Virus record (IMG/VR): IMGVR_UViG_3300020045_008999
Coordinates: 320,001 to 384,000 of that record
Length of the DNA: 64,000 bases
Source of the DNA: a virus
Lineage: Duplodnaviria > Heunggongvirae > Uroviricota > Caudoviricetes
Reading direction: 5' to 3' (one strand)
The notes under the pieces are model-generated. The model searched no databases, was not told the DNA's origin, and was given only the letters and a program-made list of their open reading frames with translations. Of the stretch, positions 41,201 through 50,100 are shown in pieces (the stretch's first letter is position 1; every line of letters starts with the position of its first letter). A program made the position numbers and the translations under genes.

Positions 41201-41778
41201 CAATTTGATATTAAGTTATTTAGATTTTGGTCGAAGTAATTTAGTACGCTGATATAGTTTACACCGGAAATAACCGTGTTACTATAGTCAACATTGACAT
41301 TATTTGTAGAATATAATAAATTATTTTCATTTGATATGATCATTATTGCACCGCGCTTCGAATTTAAAACGGTATATGTTTGATTAATATTTGAAAATTC
41401 AGCAATACTATTTTTGAACACTACCGACGAACCAATCTTGAATATGTTTTCAATATTTGGTGCATATAACCATTTAGTAAAGTAATTTACATCAGAATTG
41501 GTGGGTTCTATTTTAGAAAGAGTAATTGTTGATAATGATGAACCATTGATGTTGAACCCGTATTCATTAAATAGTTGGAATTTAGAAAGTTGTAAATCGG
41601 TATTTGCTTCGAATTCAAATGATTTGATATTTTCAAACAAATAAAGTCCGATTGTTTTGTGTGTATCACTACTATTTTCGTGAAAAATTAGTTCACCCTC
41701 GTGTTTCTCTGTAATTGTGTTGTATTTGGTATTTATGAAGTTACCTTCTTTATCAAAGAATACGAGATCTTTACTCAT
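35233..41778 (-). CDS. Very large virion protein (baseplate/fibre-like) with propeller-like repeats, CBM5/12-like motifs and a mucin-like Thr/Pro tract
   Basis: 2181 aa; YIGSYKAIINAINYFGY baseplate-like segment; WSPFQTYNTGDKVSY and WSSDVNYKTNDIVRY motifs; poly-Thr tracts; late-type motif upstream. Confidence 0.65.
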   Translation of the reverse strand: MSKDLVFFDKEGNFINTKYNTITEKHEGELIFHENSSDTHKTIGLYLFENIKSFEFEANTDLQLSKFQLFNEYGFNINGSSLSTITLSKIEPTNSDVNYFTKWLYAPNIENIFKIGSSVVFKNSIAEFSNINQTYTVLNSKRGAIMIISNENNLLYSTNNVNVDYSNTVISGVNYISVLNYFDQNLNNLISNWSEPNFYEMLYNGRKLNLIGTESNNMVVTVDNYELLDKINYKYTCPIQQITEDLTVTVTMKTNNPNIYYGGLVINDNIVYFLDGVPKTLLPGRSFKIDSILNTHSINVSQIGKFSSNIGSTDYIVGAQVIFNNKIYQCFKAYTQYANSIITPSDEEYWSSNITYIAVDTTLTNETISSNVYLTSHIFTYNHAFDTTAVKTAATFVEKWKSDFNLLNIDLLVLNGKIVSRLIYSDNWADVKYKLDNLDITTIDTSIERLISVREELTTEKVTNISEQTNTNIVFTDISEYGILITINGMPYREDFVGIYNANILDLERSIDKTIRNWLSKNYVRLYALGITCVLKSIRSNNQLYYNTISLNSFYPNVSIDFEVEVGTVANFYIEDTLIIFKDMGSSLSIRVLGKEYQIGTNSPIANVQQTLTNWVTKYQSELMEYGVIVSNINNALYFDTKEQTTLNNDVVVTTSKLDIPGDNLFNIIHKNKGNSGAIITSNSIILSNLSEVSFENSGFATGMIVGVNNTTYPFNNQDYNILSLEPHVINLSYQGPFWDTNGDSCWQSPFITIAFNNGFEGDACAIPEPTVLSGEFNNDFASSEFLLEYTPGNTYDMSTYNIDSYNMVDVIYLGISNTIYVLGNNITIIDSLNNVSTGTIDIPNNNNSKCLYYNSVTSYVMVLTNNKLYTVDPILNTIINSKTITLSIVPNKMAINTINGDVYITHDLGFIIIDIYNNIYTSNTTNRCVNIIFNKYENNMYINSTGGVISIDGNTRALDETYIVPLFIESEMIYDNYDHRVYVFGSDYLYYISNGTLTQTPTISGTNNYVLHNNLTGDIITNTDVIITSTGTNNFSNIANIGDIYMNQYDGYIYITTTDGSRSIVVINSVTGHIEEIKSLSNNATKLIFNPDRNTMMGIQSVDSRIIELSTTINLNLVLNPDINSSIVDGQFGSLSPDYTQPEYIWLNTHDYIRRPRANFIGDAQMLYNTKWVDDTTPEIFLYDISGDQLSTSGSLAYIGEKPLPLITLNRSGNKDINKITKSEFQQTIFEEILHKLDFVDSDTNLSFLPEPIELFIGHNDINEGVKSNILKIYEKEEIIWTIVNNADTNNQLDLEVINGYGILKLNNNSSSNFLTHDDGSVTGLKVGQMISILLYDTINTSDKYISNNNHLIFKIRELYNRIIIIDFTNGNMNKESNVISDYHGETLYLDTSIRVIEKEIASFTVTGQTEIEDIRFKLELDNVGQNISVNDTYIFKDYDINEQGIDWIYLNKKRKELLINRHEIYPYIGSYKAIINAINYFGYNDLELYEYYRNIDTTSTAFGDLYKVEIPDIFDNSVIGWNESDYIKQTMPNSNYEDTNLFNLAYRITDKDGNNILSYSLREVLIKLQGLKYWLQDNVIPMSHEIMDITGQMDFVNTSSIVHKCYDTKSSYIRESMSPINFDIHECYLMPINSGSTVYDVVVDFSVSGSVPDYFTIDVTTYKTEKEWSPFQTYNTGDKVSYYNFIYESVLPGKNRVKDPRRYTNTSKWSSDVNYKTNDIVRYADLYFQLTFAGNTFELENQPAASPLTDTSNWRNITEWKEVDYVPVQTIKEFRTTLEPFHIVIDSNLDPYININITSDNGYGQIYKMIKNYEIRGTKDLTDVVSIIEVDPLPVRLGIPPPLVPPSTTTTSTTTTSTTTSTTTTPPNCYFDILSASVVEITTTTSTTTAPPTTTTTSTTSTTSTTTAAPTSITLDSYLSGCLYFTITGPVPSGIIVEESYNGGSSWISTPGSYLSPRCGFDITQNTTFRLISADNPLIISNSILATFEVGGGCYCDTCVGSETCYAMITDGSEPVENVGVRYTPDGGSLMSVPLTTLLVEDNLDGTFKHYICSTTAIIMYDIASGNDITWPGGTFEVTTCPEPAPVTVSALRSGQGYLTTSETDICMIPITTDCKIATQNNNQITSGDVMYELDGITPFNGDYKYYNLALSLWTEVEGSRVCYIDNIGVISINTICSV
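36038..36255 (-). repeat. Thr/Ser/Pro low-complexity (mucin-like) repeats
   Basis: PPPLVPPSTTTTSTTTTSTTTSTTTTPP and TTTTSTTTAPPTTTTTSTTSTTSTTTAAPTS. Confidence 0.95.
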
Positions 41779-41798
41779 TTCAGTATCAAAATTTTAGT

Positions 41799-41808
41799 TA
41801 TATATTAA
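41799..41808 (-). promoter_or_regulatory. Late-type promoter TTAATATATA (2181-aa virion gene)
   Basis: Exact copy 20 nt before the ATG. Confidence 0.7.
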
Positions 41809-41865
41809 AAAAGTGGTTTTCTATTATAAAAAATTAATATATAATATTCAAAAAACTATGTAATT

Positions 41866-42474
41866 ATGAATAAACCAAATGAACTAGATGGTAAACGAAT
41901 TAAGCTTATTAAGATAGATGATAAGTTTACTGACCTCAAATATGGTGATGAAGGAACTGTGAGTCACGTCGATGACATTGGTCAGATACATATGAAATGG
42001 GATAATGGTTCAACATTAGCAATTGTGCCTAGTATAGACACTTATGAGGTTTTGGCGGAGTCTGTTAATAATAAGACTAGATATGGAAAAAGCCGCCATG
42101 TAATGCTTTTCGAATCATATAATTTGGCTATCGCAGTAGATAAAATGAAAAATACTATCGAGCGAATTAATAAATTAGTCATACACTCACCAATTACATT
42201 TAAAAGTGAGATTGATAAATATGATGCCAGGTTGGAATTATCGTATGACGATGTTGAGAATGATGAATATTCCCAAGGTATTATTTATGAAGTAGACTTA
42301 GAAATGAATTCAATAATGAAATTAGCGTATACGAAGTCTACCAATCCTAAGGATATAGATGATGATCCAATTGAATCACATTTTCAAACTGTAGAGGAAT
42401 TGCTGGAGTATTTATATACCGAAGCGGTGAGTTATGTTAAGATAGTTGAATCTATTAAATATAAAAATATATAA
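41866..42474 (+). CDS. DUF4314-domain protein
   Basis: GKRIKLIKIDD...GDEGTVSHVDDIGQIHMKWDNGSTLAIVP. Confidence 0.8.
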   Translation: MNKPNELDGKRIKLIKIDDKFTDLKYGDEGTVSHVDDIGQIHMKWDNGSTLAIVPSIDTYEVLAESVNNKTRYGKSRHVMLFESYNLAIAVDKMKNTIERINKLVIHSPITFKSEIDKYDARLELSYDDVENDEYSQGIIYEVDLEMNSIMKLAYTKSTNPKDIDDDPIESHFQTVEELLEYLYTEAVSYVKIVESIKYKNI

Positions 42475-42475
42475 T

Positions 42476-42504
42476 AAAAAGTGGAATTTGATTCCACTTT
42501 TTTT
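42476..42504 (+). terminator. Intrinsic terminator
   Basis: AAAAAGTGGAAT-TTG-ATTCCACTTTTTTT. Confidence 0.8.
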
Positions 42505-42532
42505 GATTCATACATTTTTTTATATATATTTG
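42502..42532 (+). promoter_or_regulatory. Bacteroidota primary-sigma promoter TTTG-N19-TATATTTG
   Basis: Matches the established consensus. Confidence 0.75.
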
Positions 42533-42548
42533 TGTAAAAATATAAGCG

Positions 42549-43367
42549 ATGGAAAATATTCAAGTAAATGCCCAAATGATTTCCAATGACTTGTGTGAAA
42601 TTGTACATACGTCTATAAATATCAAAGTTGTTGGGTTGGATAGTAATAATAACATGATTTATTCATATACATTACCTAAACATATTTATGATAACATGGT
42701 CGATGTTGAACCGGAATATCAGTCCTATCAAAATTATATGCTGATGAAAAGAGATTATGTAAAAAGCGGTAAGACTGGTATCTATGGTCTGAAGTACTTG
42801 AAGAAAACTATAGAGTCTAATCTAATATCGACAATTCTGTCAACAATCCTATTTTATTCAAATTACATACATGAACAGTTACATAAAAAAGAACTATTAA
42901 AAACGAAAAAAATATTCATTCGTTTCAAAGGAGCTGAGCATCATAGTAGATGTGACTGGAATGGTGCCTATACTGGTAAGGTGATAAATACAAATTTTCA
43001 GTATTTTATCGGATACGAAATTGCCGAGCTTGAAAAAATATCAATGCGTAATTTTACCGATTCCAATTCAGTGCGTAATATTGTTGAAAATTATTATACA
43101 CTAATTCTTCATTCAACCGGGTCTTTAGTTAGTAGGTCTACCAACTTCCAAGAGGGATCGGTGTTAATGCAACTGTATATGAATCAAAATCGAAAAGAGT
43201 TTCTATTGAACCATAGCATTATTGATTGGACACAAGAGCGTGAAGATTTTTTTAAAAAAATTCAGAATCAGTTAACATCATTGAATACATCACTCACTGA
43301 TTATCTATGTGATTTGGATAATGATAAAGTTGATTTAATAATGACAAAGACTATTTTATTGATTTAG
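42549..43367 (+). CDS. Hypothetical protein
   Basis: 272-aa ORF; TTTG-N19-TATATTTG promoter. Confidence 0.7.
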   Translation: MENIQVNAQMISNDLCEIVHTSINIKVVGLDSNNNMIYSYTLPKHIYDNMVDVEPEYQSYQNYMLMKRDYVKSGKTGIYGLKYLKKTIESNLISTILSTILFYSNYIHEQLHKKELLKTKKIFIRFKGAEHHSRCDWNGAYTGKVINTNFQYFIGYEIAELEKISMRNFTDSNSVRNIVENYYTLILHSTGSLVSRSTNFQEGSVLMQLYMNQNRKEFLLNHSIIDWTQEREDFFKKIQNQLTSLNTSLTDYLCDLDNDKVDLIMTKTILLI

Positions 43368-44442
43368 ATGTATGTATTTTGATAATGGCATTTAACTCAT
43401 TTAAAATTCCATTTTTTGTATCATCATCATATTTTTGTTGACTGACATAGTTGGTAATTATGGTATTTATATCCAAATTTGTTTCTACTATATTCACTAA
43501 TTCTACGGAATCTGGCGGGGCGACTTCCGGTTTTGGAATATCATCAACATATTCAACAGATGTGAAATTATTAGTTTCTAGTATTGGGTCTAATATTCTA
43601 CGTATTTTGCGATTTTTAATTAAATTTTGCGAAATTATTACTTCATTATAGTCACTTTTTGTAATTTGTGATAGTTTATCAATATCATCTTCGTTGTTTA
43701 TTAAAATTTTATTAAATTTTGGTGAAATGTTATTTAATATTGATACAACAGTATTGGTTATTGTATCTAAAATTAATATACCCTTATCATTTTGATGATC
43801 CCCTGAATGCATTTGAAATATATTGCCAACAAATTTAAAATTGTCAATTTGTTGTGATATATGTAAGTGTCCGCTAAAAATTTGATTATATCCCACAAAA
43901 TTGGCTATTGATATTTTGTCTTTACTTTTATTCAAGTTTTTAGAACTGTCTGGTATTGCTTCTGCTAAATCAGAATGACAAAATAAATAATTTTTTCCTT
44001 TGTATTTATCTAATAATGTAATTTGGGTTTCTAATTTATTTACCCATGGCATCATAAGTACCGATTTATTAAACAATGTTAACTCAGTAGTCTCGGTGTG
44101 TATGATGACATTGGGTATATGTTTAAATAAACTTAGTGCATTTATTTTATTAGATGATTTTGAATATAAATCACGATTGCCAATTATAATATGTACTTCA
44201 CAAATTTGTGATAATTTTTCTAATATGTGTTGTGCATAGTTTAAAATAGTTATTGGTAGTATGTTACTATTGTCGAAGAAATTGCCAAGTTGAATGATTT
44301 TATCATTCGCACTTAGTTTTGACTTCAATTCTGGAATTAGAAATTTATTAAAATATGTTTGGTGTACCTCTTGCCAATGTTTGATATTGTTTGGATAACC
44401 TAGATTTAAATGTATATCACCAATTAATGCAATTTTTGACAT
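43351..44442 (-). CDS. gp47/Mre11/SbcD-like metallophosphoesterase nuclease with degenerate active site
   Basis: GDIH, GNFFD, GNRD, FCH, SGHLH. Confidence 0.85.
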   Translation of the reverse strand: MSKIALIGDIHLNLGYPNNIKHWQEVHQTYFNKFLIPELKSKLSANDKIIQLGNFFDNSNILPITILNYAQHILEKLSQICEVHIIIGNRDLYSKSSNKINALSLFKHIPNVIIHTETTELTLFNKSVLMMPWVNKLETQITLLDKYKGKNYLFCHSDLAEAIPDSSKNLNKSKDKISIANFVGYNQIFSGHLHISQQIDNFKFVGNIFQMHSGDHQNDKGILILDTITNTVVSILNNISPKFNKILINNEDDIDKLSQITKSDYNEVIISQNLIKNRKIRRILDPILETNNFTSVEYVDDIPKPEVAPPDSVELVNIVETNLDINTIITNYVSQQKYDDDTKNGILNELNAIIKIHTSKSIK

Positions 44443-44469
44443 ATGCTTCTTATTTATTTATATTGATCA

Positions 44470-44496
44470 TTATATATAAAAAAAAGCATAAAGTTT
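44470..44496 (-). promoter_or_regulatory. AAAC-N18-TATAA promoter (gp47-like)
   Basis: Consensus match. Confidence 0.75.
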
Positions 44497-44549
44497 TAGC
44501 AAGGGGATCGGTATAAAATTATATATAATAAAAAACATAATATAAATAA

Positions 44550-45494
44550 ATGGATGAATCGAAAGAAAATGACGAAGCATTTTTAAGAGAACATTTAAAT
44601 TCCTTAGGATCCGGGGCTGTACCAAGTAATGGTGAACCGGAATCGGTACAGGGCACTAAGTTAGCGGCCAGTAAGATGGGTATGCAGAATTCGAATTTAG
44701 AATATTTATCATTCGATGTCAAAGGATTTCCATGTGGGATGTTTTATGCCCCTGGGACAGTTTTTAAAATTAGGGCGGCCGCAGTTAAAGAGATCCAAGC
44801 ATATTCTATGGTTGATGATAATCTATATGATATAGTGGATAAAATGAATGATATGTTAATGAGTTGTGTACGCATTCAATATGCGGATGGTACATATGGT
44901 ACTTATTTAGATATTCGTGATCCGGATAGATTTTATTTAGTATTTACGATCCGTGAATTGACATTCCAATCCGGTAATAATTTAGTTAGCCCCGCAGTTT
45001 GTAATTGTGGTGATGAAATAAACATTGACTTAGTTCGTAAAAACTTTAAATTTCATATAACTGATGAAAAATTAATGGATTATTTCAGTCCCGCAGAAGG
45101 ATGTTTTGTTTTCCAAATTAATAATGGTAGTGTTTTCAAATTGGCCCCGCCTAAAATTGGCTTACAAAAAGCTTTTACTGAATACATTATTAGTGAAAAT
45201 GCTGCTAAGAAGAAAATTAATCTTTCTTTTTTGAAAAATATACCATTTTTATTATATGATAGAAATACAATTACATATGATGGTATTGTAGCTAAAGTAA
45301 CTGAATATAGTAATATGGATGATGAATCATTTCAATTTTTGAATGAAGTTGTAGGTATGCTCAAATATGGAATTAGTGGTTTGGTAACTAAATGTGGCTG
45401 TGGTTCGGAGGTGCACAGCGAAATGATATTTCCCAACCGAGCGTCAGATCTTTTCCTTGTTTCAAATGCCTTTGAAAAGTTTATTAAAAAATAA
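44550..45494 (+). CDS. T4 gp26-like baseplate hub assembly protein
   Basis: KIRAAAVKEI, DRFYLVFTIRELT, CNCG and terminal KCGCG. Confidence 0.65.
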   Translation: MDESKENDEAFLREHLNSLGSGAVPSNGEPESVQGTKLAASKMGMQNSNLEYLSFDVKGFPCGMFYAPGTVFKIRAAAVKEIQAYSMVDDNLYDIVDKMNDMLMSCVRIQYADGTYGTYLDIRDPDRFYLVFTIRELTFQSGNNLVSPAVCNCGDEINIDLVRKNFKFHITDEKLMDYFSPAEGCFVFQINNGSVFKLAPPKIGLQKAFTEYIISENAAKKKINLSFLKNIPFLLYDRNTITYDGIVAKVTEYSNMDDESFQFLNEVVGMLKYGISGLVTKCGCGSEVHSEMIFPNRASDLFLVSNAFEKFIKK

Positions 45495-45711
45495 ATTATT
45501 ACTACAAAAGCATTATCATACACAAGAAGATGCAATGGATAATTGGCCATTTTGGCAATTTGAAGAAAATATTAAAATCATCAACGAGTTAACTGATGAT
45601 GAGGAAGCACAAAGAAAGAAACAGGAATCCGCACAACAGGCTGCTTCGCCTAGCTTCAATCCGAGTTCATATATGAATAAAATGGGTGGTATGGGTGGTA
45701 AATTTAAATAA
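45466..45711 (+). CDS. Small gp51-like baseplate assembly protein
   Basis: LQKHYH...MDNWPFWQFE resembles the small ORFs that follow gp26 in T4-like phages; overlaps gp26-like gene in the +1 frame. Confidence 0.5.
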   Translation: MPLKSLLKNKLLLQKHYHTQEDAMDNWPFWQFEENIKIINELTDDEEAQRKKQESAQQAASPSFNPSSYMNKMGGMGGKFK

Positions 45712-45739
45712 AAAAGGAATCAAAATGATTCCTTTTTTT
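45710..45739. terminator. Bidirectional intrinsic terminator
   Basis: AAAAAAGGAATCA-AAA-TGATTCCTTTTTTT. Confidence 0.8.
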
Positions 45740-45740
45740 A

Positions 45741-46355
45741 TTATATATAACCCCCAATGAATGGTGGGTCAATTGTGAAGTTACTATTGATGTATTCATC
45801 ATTGAAGAAGTCACTTACGAATTTTGCAGTCACATCTTTCCAGATTTCATTACTTGACCAGTCTAAATCGATCCCGCTCACACCTCTTAATTGTGCATTT
45901 TGGAATGTTACTCTACGTAGTACAACACCTTTTTTATCATGTTGATTAACAATTATAGTACCAATTATATCGGATTTGTAATGTAATGTTCCGTCCTGAG
46001 AATTCCATACTAAATCATACCATGCTTTTACAACGTTCCAGGTTTCCATAGAACCAGAATCATTTACGTTCACATTGAACTTAATATCAAACTCAACGTG
46101 AGTTTGGTCTGGCATGCTTAGAAACGCTCTTGTAGAGTATTTATATCTCTGATCAACGATAGAGATATCTTCTGTTAACGCTAGTGATACACTCAATGCT
46201 TGTTGTAGCATCATAACTGGATCATGTCCTTGTGCTTGTAATATTAATGGTAATATAAAAGTAATCTCAAACAGGTTTAAGAATACTGGCTCCTGAGGTT
46301 TTGTGCCTGGTCCGCCGCTATCGTTCATCGACAAATTAGAGAAGTGTGGTAGCAT
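45741..46355 (-). CDS. Tail tube protein (gp19-like)
   Basis: 204 aa; NLFEITF, KAWYDLVWN, IIVNQHDKKG...VTFQNA...LDW...AKFVSD; near the sheath gene. Confidence 0.8.
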   Translation of the reverse strand: MLPHFSNLSMNDSGGPGTKPQEPVFLNLFEITFILPLILQAQGHDPVMMLQQALSVSLALTEDISIVDQRYKYSTRAFLSMPDQTHVEFDIKFNVNVNDSGSMETWNVVKAWYDLVWNSQDGTLHYKSDIIGTIIVNQHDKKGVVLRRVTFQNAQLRGVSGIDLDWSSNEIWKDVTAKFVSDFFNDEYINSNFTIDPPFIGGYI

Positions 46356-46372
46356 AGTTTTTTATTTTATTT

Positions 46373-46382
46373 TATATATTAA
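46373..46382 (-). promoter_or_regulatory. Late-type promoter TTAATATATA (tail tube)
   Basis: Exact copy 17 nt before the ATG. Confidence 0.7.
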
Positions 46383-46531
46383 AACAACCGTTGGTGGTTA
46401 TCTTATTTTATATATATATTAAATAAAAAATATGTTTTTTTGATAAATATTGCATAAAACACAGGCATGTGATAAAAGTGTTATATTGTGGGAATATGTG
46501 TTCTCTGGTTCTCAATTAAAAAGTTATTTTT

Positions 46532-46563
46532 TTTGTATTGTATCTTTAATTTGTGTATATTTG
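46532..46563 (+). promoter_or_regulatory. Bacteroidota primary-sigma promoter TTTG-N20-TATATTTG
   Basis: Matches the established consensus. Confidence 0.75.
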
Positions 46564-46588
46564 TACTATTATAATCAATCTCATATTT

Positions 46589-46873
46589 ATGAAAGTAGTT
46601 GAAATTATTAAATCGTTCCGAAATGGAGCGATTAAACATTATTTAGTGATTCCGGATAACGAATGTGATGATATAGACTATTTGGTAGAAAAATGGTGTG
46701 AGTCCGATCCAGCCGGGTCTAATTACGGATATGAGTATGAGTGGGCATATGTTACTGATGTAATACTCATCAACAAAGCGGTTGAAGAAAATATTAATAA
46801 ACTTGACTATACTATTGTTGCGGCTAATAAAAGACGCGCTGAATTGGTAGACTTTATTAAAATTATTAGTTAG
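46589..46873 (+). CDS. Hypothetical protein
   Basis: ATG 46589 after TTTG-N20-TATATTTG. Confidence 0.65.
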   Translation: MKVVEIIKSFRNGAIKHYLVIPDNECDDIDYLVEKWCESDPAGSNYGYEYEWAYVTDVILINKAVEENINKLDYTIVAANKRRAELVDFIKIIS

Positions 46874-46874
46874 T

Positions 46875-47093
46875 ATGAGACAAGCATTTATCATTATATC
46901 ATGGGTGTTGTGTGTAGTAACTATAATACTTTGTTCAATGTTTTCGATAGGAAGCGCGTATGACATACAGGACGTATTATATTGTGATATTTTTAGATTT
47001 ATTTCATCATTCACTGGTGTGTTATTTTGTTGGTGGGTAGGTGTGCTTATATATTGTTTATCATATGATAAATTTAAGGAAACTGATTTTTAA
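46875..47093 (+). CDS. Small two-TM membrane protein
   Basis: 72 aa with two hydrophobic segments. Confidence 0.55.
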   Translation: MRQAFIIISWVLCVVTIILCSMFSIGSAYDIQDVLYCDIFRFISSFTGVLFCWWVGVLIYCLSYDKFKETDF

Positions 47094-47131
47094 AAAAAAA
47101 GCCCAATGTAAATTTACATTGGGCTTTTTTT
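47094..47131. terminator. Bidirectional intrinsic terminator
   Basis: AAAAAAAGCCCAATGTAAATTTACATTGGGCTTTTTTT perfect palindrome. Confidence 0.85.
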
Positions 47132-47153
47132 AACTATTTTAATTATTTTTAAG

Positions 47154-50100
47154 TTATTGTATTCTAAATCCACTTGATTGAATAGCACCAGTTCTGAGTA
47201 TAGTAACTTCATTTACAATTACTGCTAAATTCTTAGTAATTTCTACGAATGTACTTAAAACACCCATTTGGTTATCAATTAATTCGTCAGTGTTGTTTTC
47301 ATCATCACATTTATTGAAGTATGTATAAAGTCCACCTTTGTTAACATAAGTTCCACATATTATATCGGCTCTCAGTTTAATTTCCGCTCTAACTTCTGGT
47401 GTATTTGTTTTCCATTGGAAATCTAATAGCATCGCAGCTAGATCTCTCTCTAACTCAATAAGCGTTTCACGAGAATGTATAAATGAAAGTGAAGATCTGT
47501 ATAATGTCAGTGCGGTATTTTCCGTTTCGATTACATAACCTCTGTTTCTTTTGAATACAATTGGATTCATTTGTGCAATGTTTAAGAATTCAATATCTTC
47601 ATCTGATAACAATTCTTCTACCCCAGCGATTCCCGTGATTCTTCCATTCGTAATACCGGCAGCCACCGTATATGGTGTGATTGTAGATACATTAGAATTC
47701 GATTTTCTTAGGTAAGTACTCGCTACGAACATTGCTGGTGGTACATCTAATGGACGTCCATTGTCATCTACTGTTAAATATGGTAGAAAGTAACCAGCCG
47801 CTGATACACCATCACCTTCGGCAAATGAATATAAAAATGATGGACTAGATTCTGGATTACCACCTTTGGCAACATATTCCATTTGTAAAACCCCCTCATC
47901 ATTTGTAAATGATGGAGAAGATGAATGTTTGAACGATTTAAGAGACGGCATGTTTATAAATCCAAACACATCTAATCTTTTACCACATATATCAACCAAT
48001 TGTTGTTTAGAAAAATCAGTTAATCCAAGACCAAAACCATCTACTAAATATCTGAAATCAATAGCTTCTTTATTAGTAATCGCTTTGAATAAAGGTGTTC
48101 CTTTAGAAACAAGATTCAATAATGCATTTTGGCGAGATTCAGTTCCATCAGGCATTGATTCAGATCTAACTCTAAAACCTTTTAATGTAATACCATTATA
48201 TGCACCAACATAGTCTTCTAATTTAGTAAATCTAGTTGTTTGTAAATCACCATTGTAATCTGTTTTTTTAATACCACCATCAGTTACTATTTCTACTAAA
48301 GTGTTATCGCCGCTGTATAATCTTTTTGATAGTATTCTTACCATTCTACGTGGTTCTCTATCAGCATCGTAGTCACTACTAGTCAACCAAGTTGATTCCC
48401 AATCAGACTCTAAGAAGTCGCCAACTTTTACCTCAGTATATCTTGCGGCATTTACCAATATTTTATTAGAAATTTGGTCATAGTTATTTGGCACTTCGAT
48501 TTCAACAGTTTGTTTAAAATTAGATTTATTTGAAGTTACTGTAATTGTGTTAGTTACAGTGGATGTTGTATAAGTTCCACCCTCAACCGTTTTGAAATTA
48601 GCAACCATCCCGGATACGGTATCGAACATTTCTAAATATACTTCATTAAGACCATCTTTGAAGTAATCGCCGCTATTGATGACACCTTGTTGAAAATTAA
48701 CACTGAAATCCGACCACGCTGATACTACACCATTTGTGGTAGTAGCTACTGAATTGGTTTCCGATAACATAGATGTTCCTAGAATCATCTCATTGTCTAA
48801 TTTGTAAACGATTAGGTTACCTGCTAAAACATAACTAAGGTTCGCTGCTGGTAAGTTAGTAACAATAGTTACCGACTTATTGTTTATAGTATTCGTAGTG
48901 ATATTCTTAACACTCATTGATGAGAATAAAGCTTTGTCGAATGCTGTGTTTAATACAATAGCTGCTTTCGAGCTATTGTTTGAATTTACAAGACTTAGTA
49001 AATAGTTAAAAGCTTTTAGTTTTCTATATTTCGCATAATCAGCGGTTGTAATAGAACCTGATGTATTTAAAAATTCAATTTTAAGCTCAGCACTTGCCAC
49101 AGATCCTACATTAGTGATTGTGTAATCCGTACCTAATATTAGATCGACGAATCCAGTAGTGTTAGTTACCGTAATATCTTTGAACGAATTTGGATTTAGT
49201 ATCATTGCACCATCGATAACTGAAAATTCTAATGTTGAAAGAACAATATCAGTAGCGTCAACTTGTGGTAAAGTTGTAAGTCCAACTCCACCAACCTGAG
49301 AAATTACACCGGCTGCATTTAATTTATATGCATATTTGTATGATGCGGTTGCACCAACACTTTCTGGGAAACTTGCAGTACCACCAGTAAATGTGAATGT
49401 TTTAGATTCAAATTCAACTAAATTTTCACCTATAATTGCAAATGCATCTGGTGCACTAGTAAAGGCTACTGATACGGATGCAGTTGCACCAGTATAAACA
49501 CTTGTTAGTCCATCTACATATCCCTCGGCATAGAATCCAGTTCTATTAGTTGTTGTTGGTTCAGCATGTGCAGTAGCACCAATTGTAAATACGTTACCCA
49601 CCCTATCAAGAAGCGTATTTTCATAAACAATATCTTCAACTATTATTTCATTATATGATAAGAAATTAAATGCGGTAGCACCAGATCCTACGATTGAATT
49701 ACCAATTAAGTCAATTTTATTATTTTGAACTTCGGTTTCGAATAAATCACTATTAAATGCACAGAATATACCAGTTTTATCGGTATCTCTGTTCAATACA
49801 GTCTCTATGAATACATTAGTATCATTTGAGTTTCTGAAGTATGGGATTAATGATAGTCCTTCGTAAAACCCTAAATTATTCACTAAAGAATCATTTGCGA
49901 AGTTGTAAATTTGATCTTTTTTCAATCCGGATGTGTTGAAATATCTAGACCATTTCGCATCAGTTGATAATGTTGCATAATCAGACCACTCACCACCAAT
50001 TATCATTACATCTACCATGAAATCAGATGCCCAATCTGCTTGATTTAAATAAGTTGGTAATTTATCAACAGACCCGTACCATTCGAGTAGAGTTCTATCG

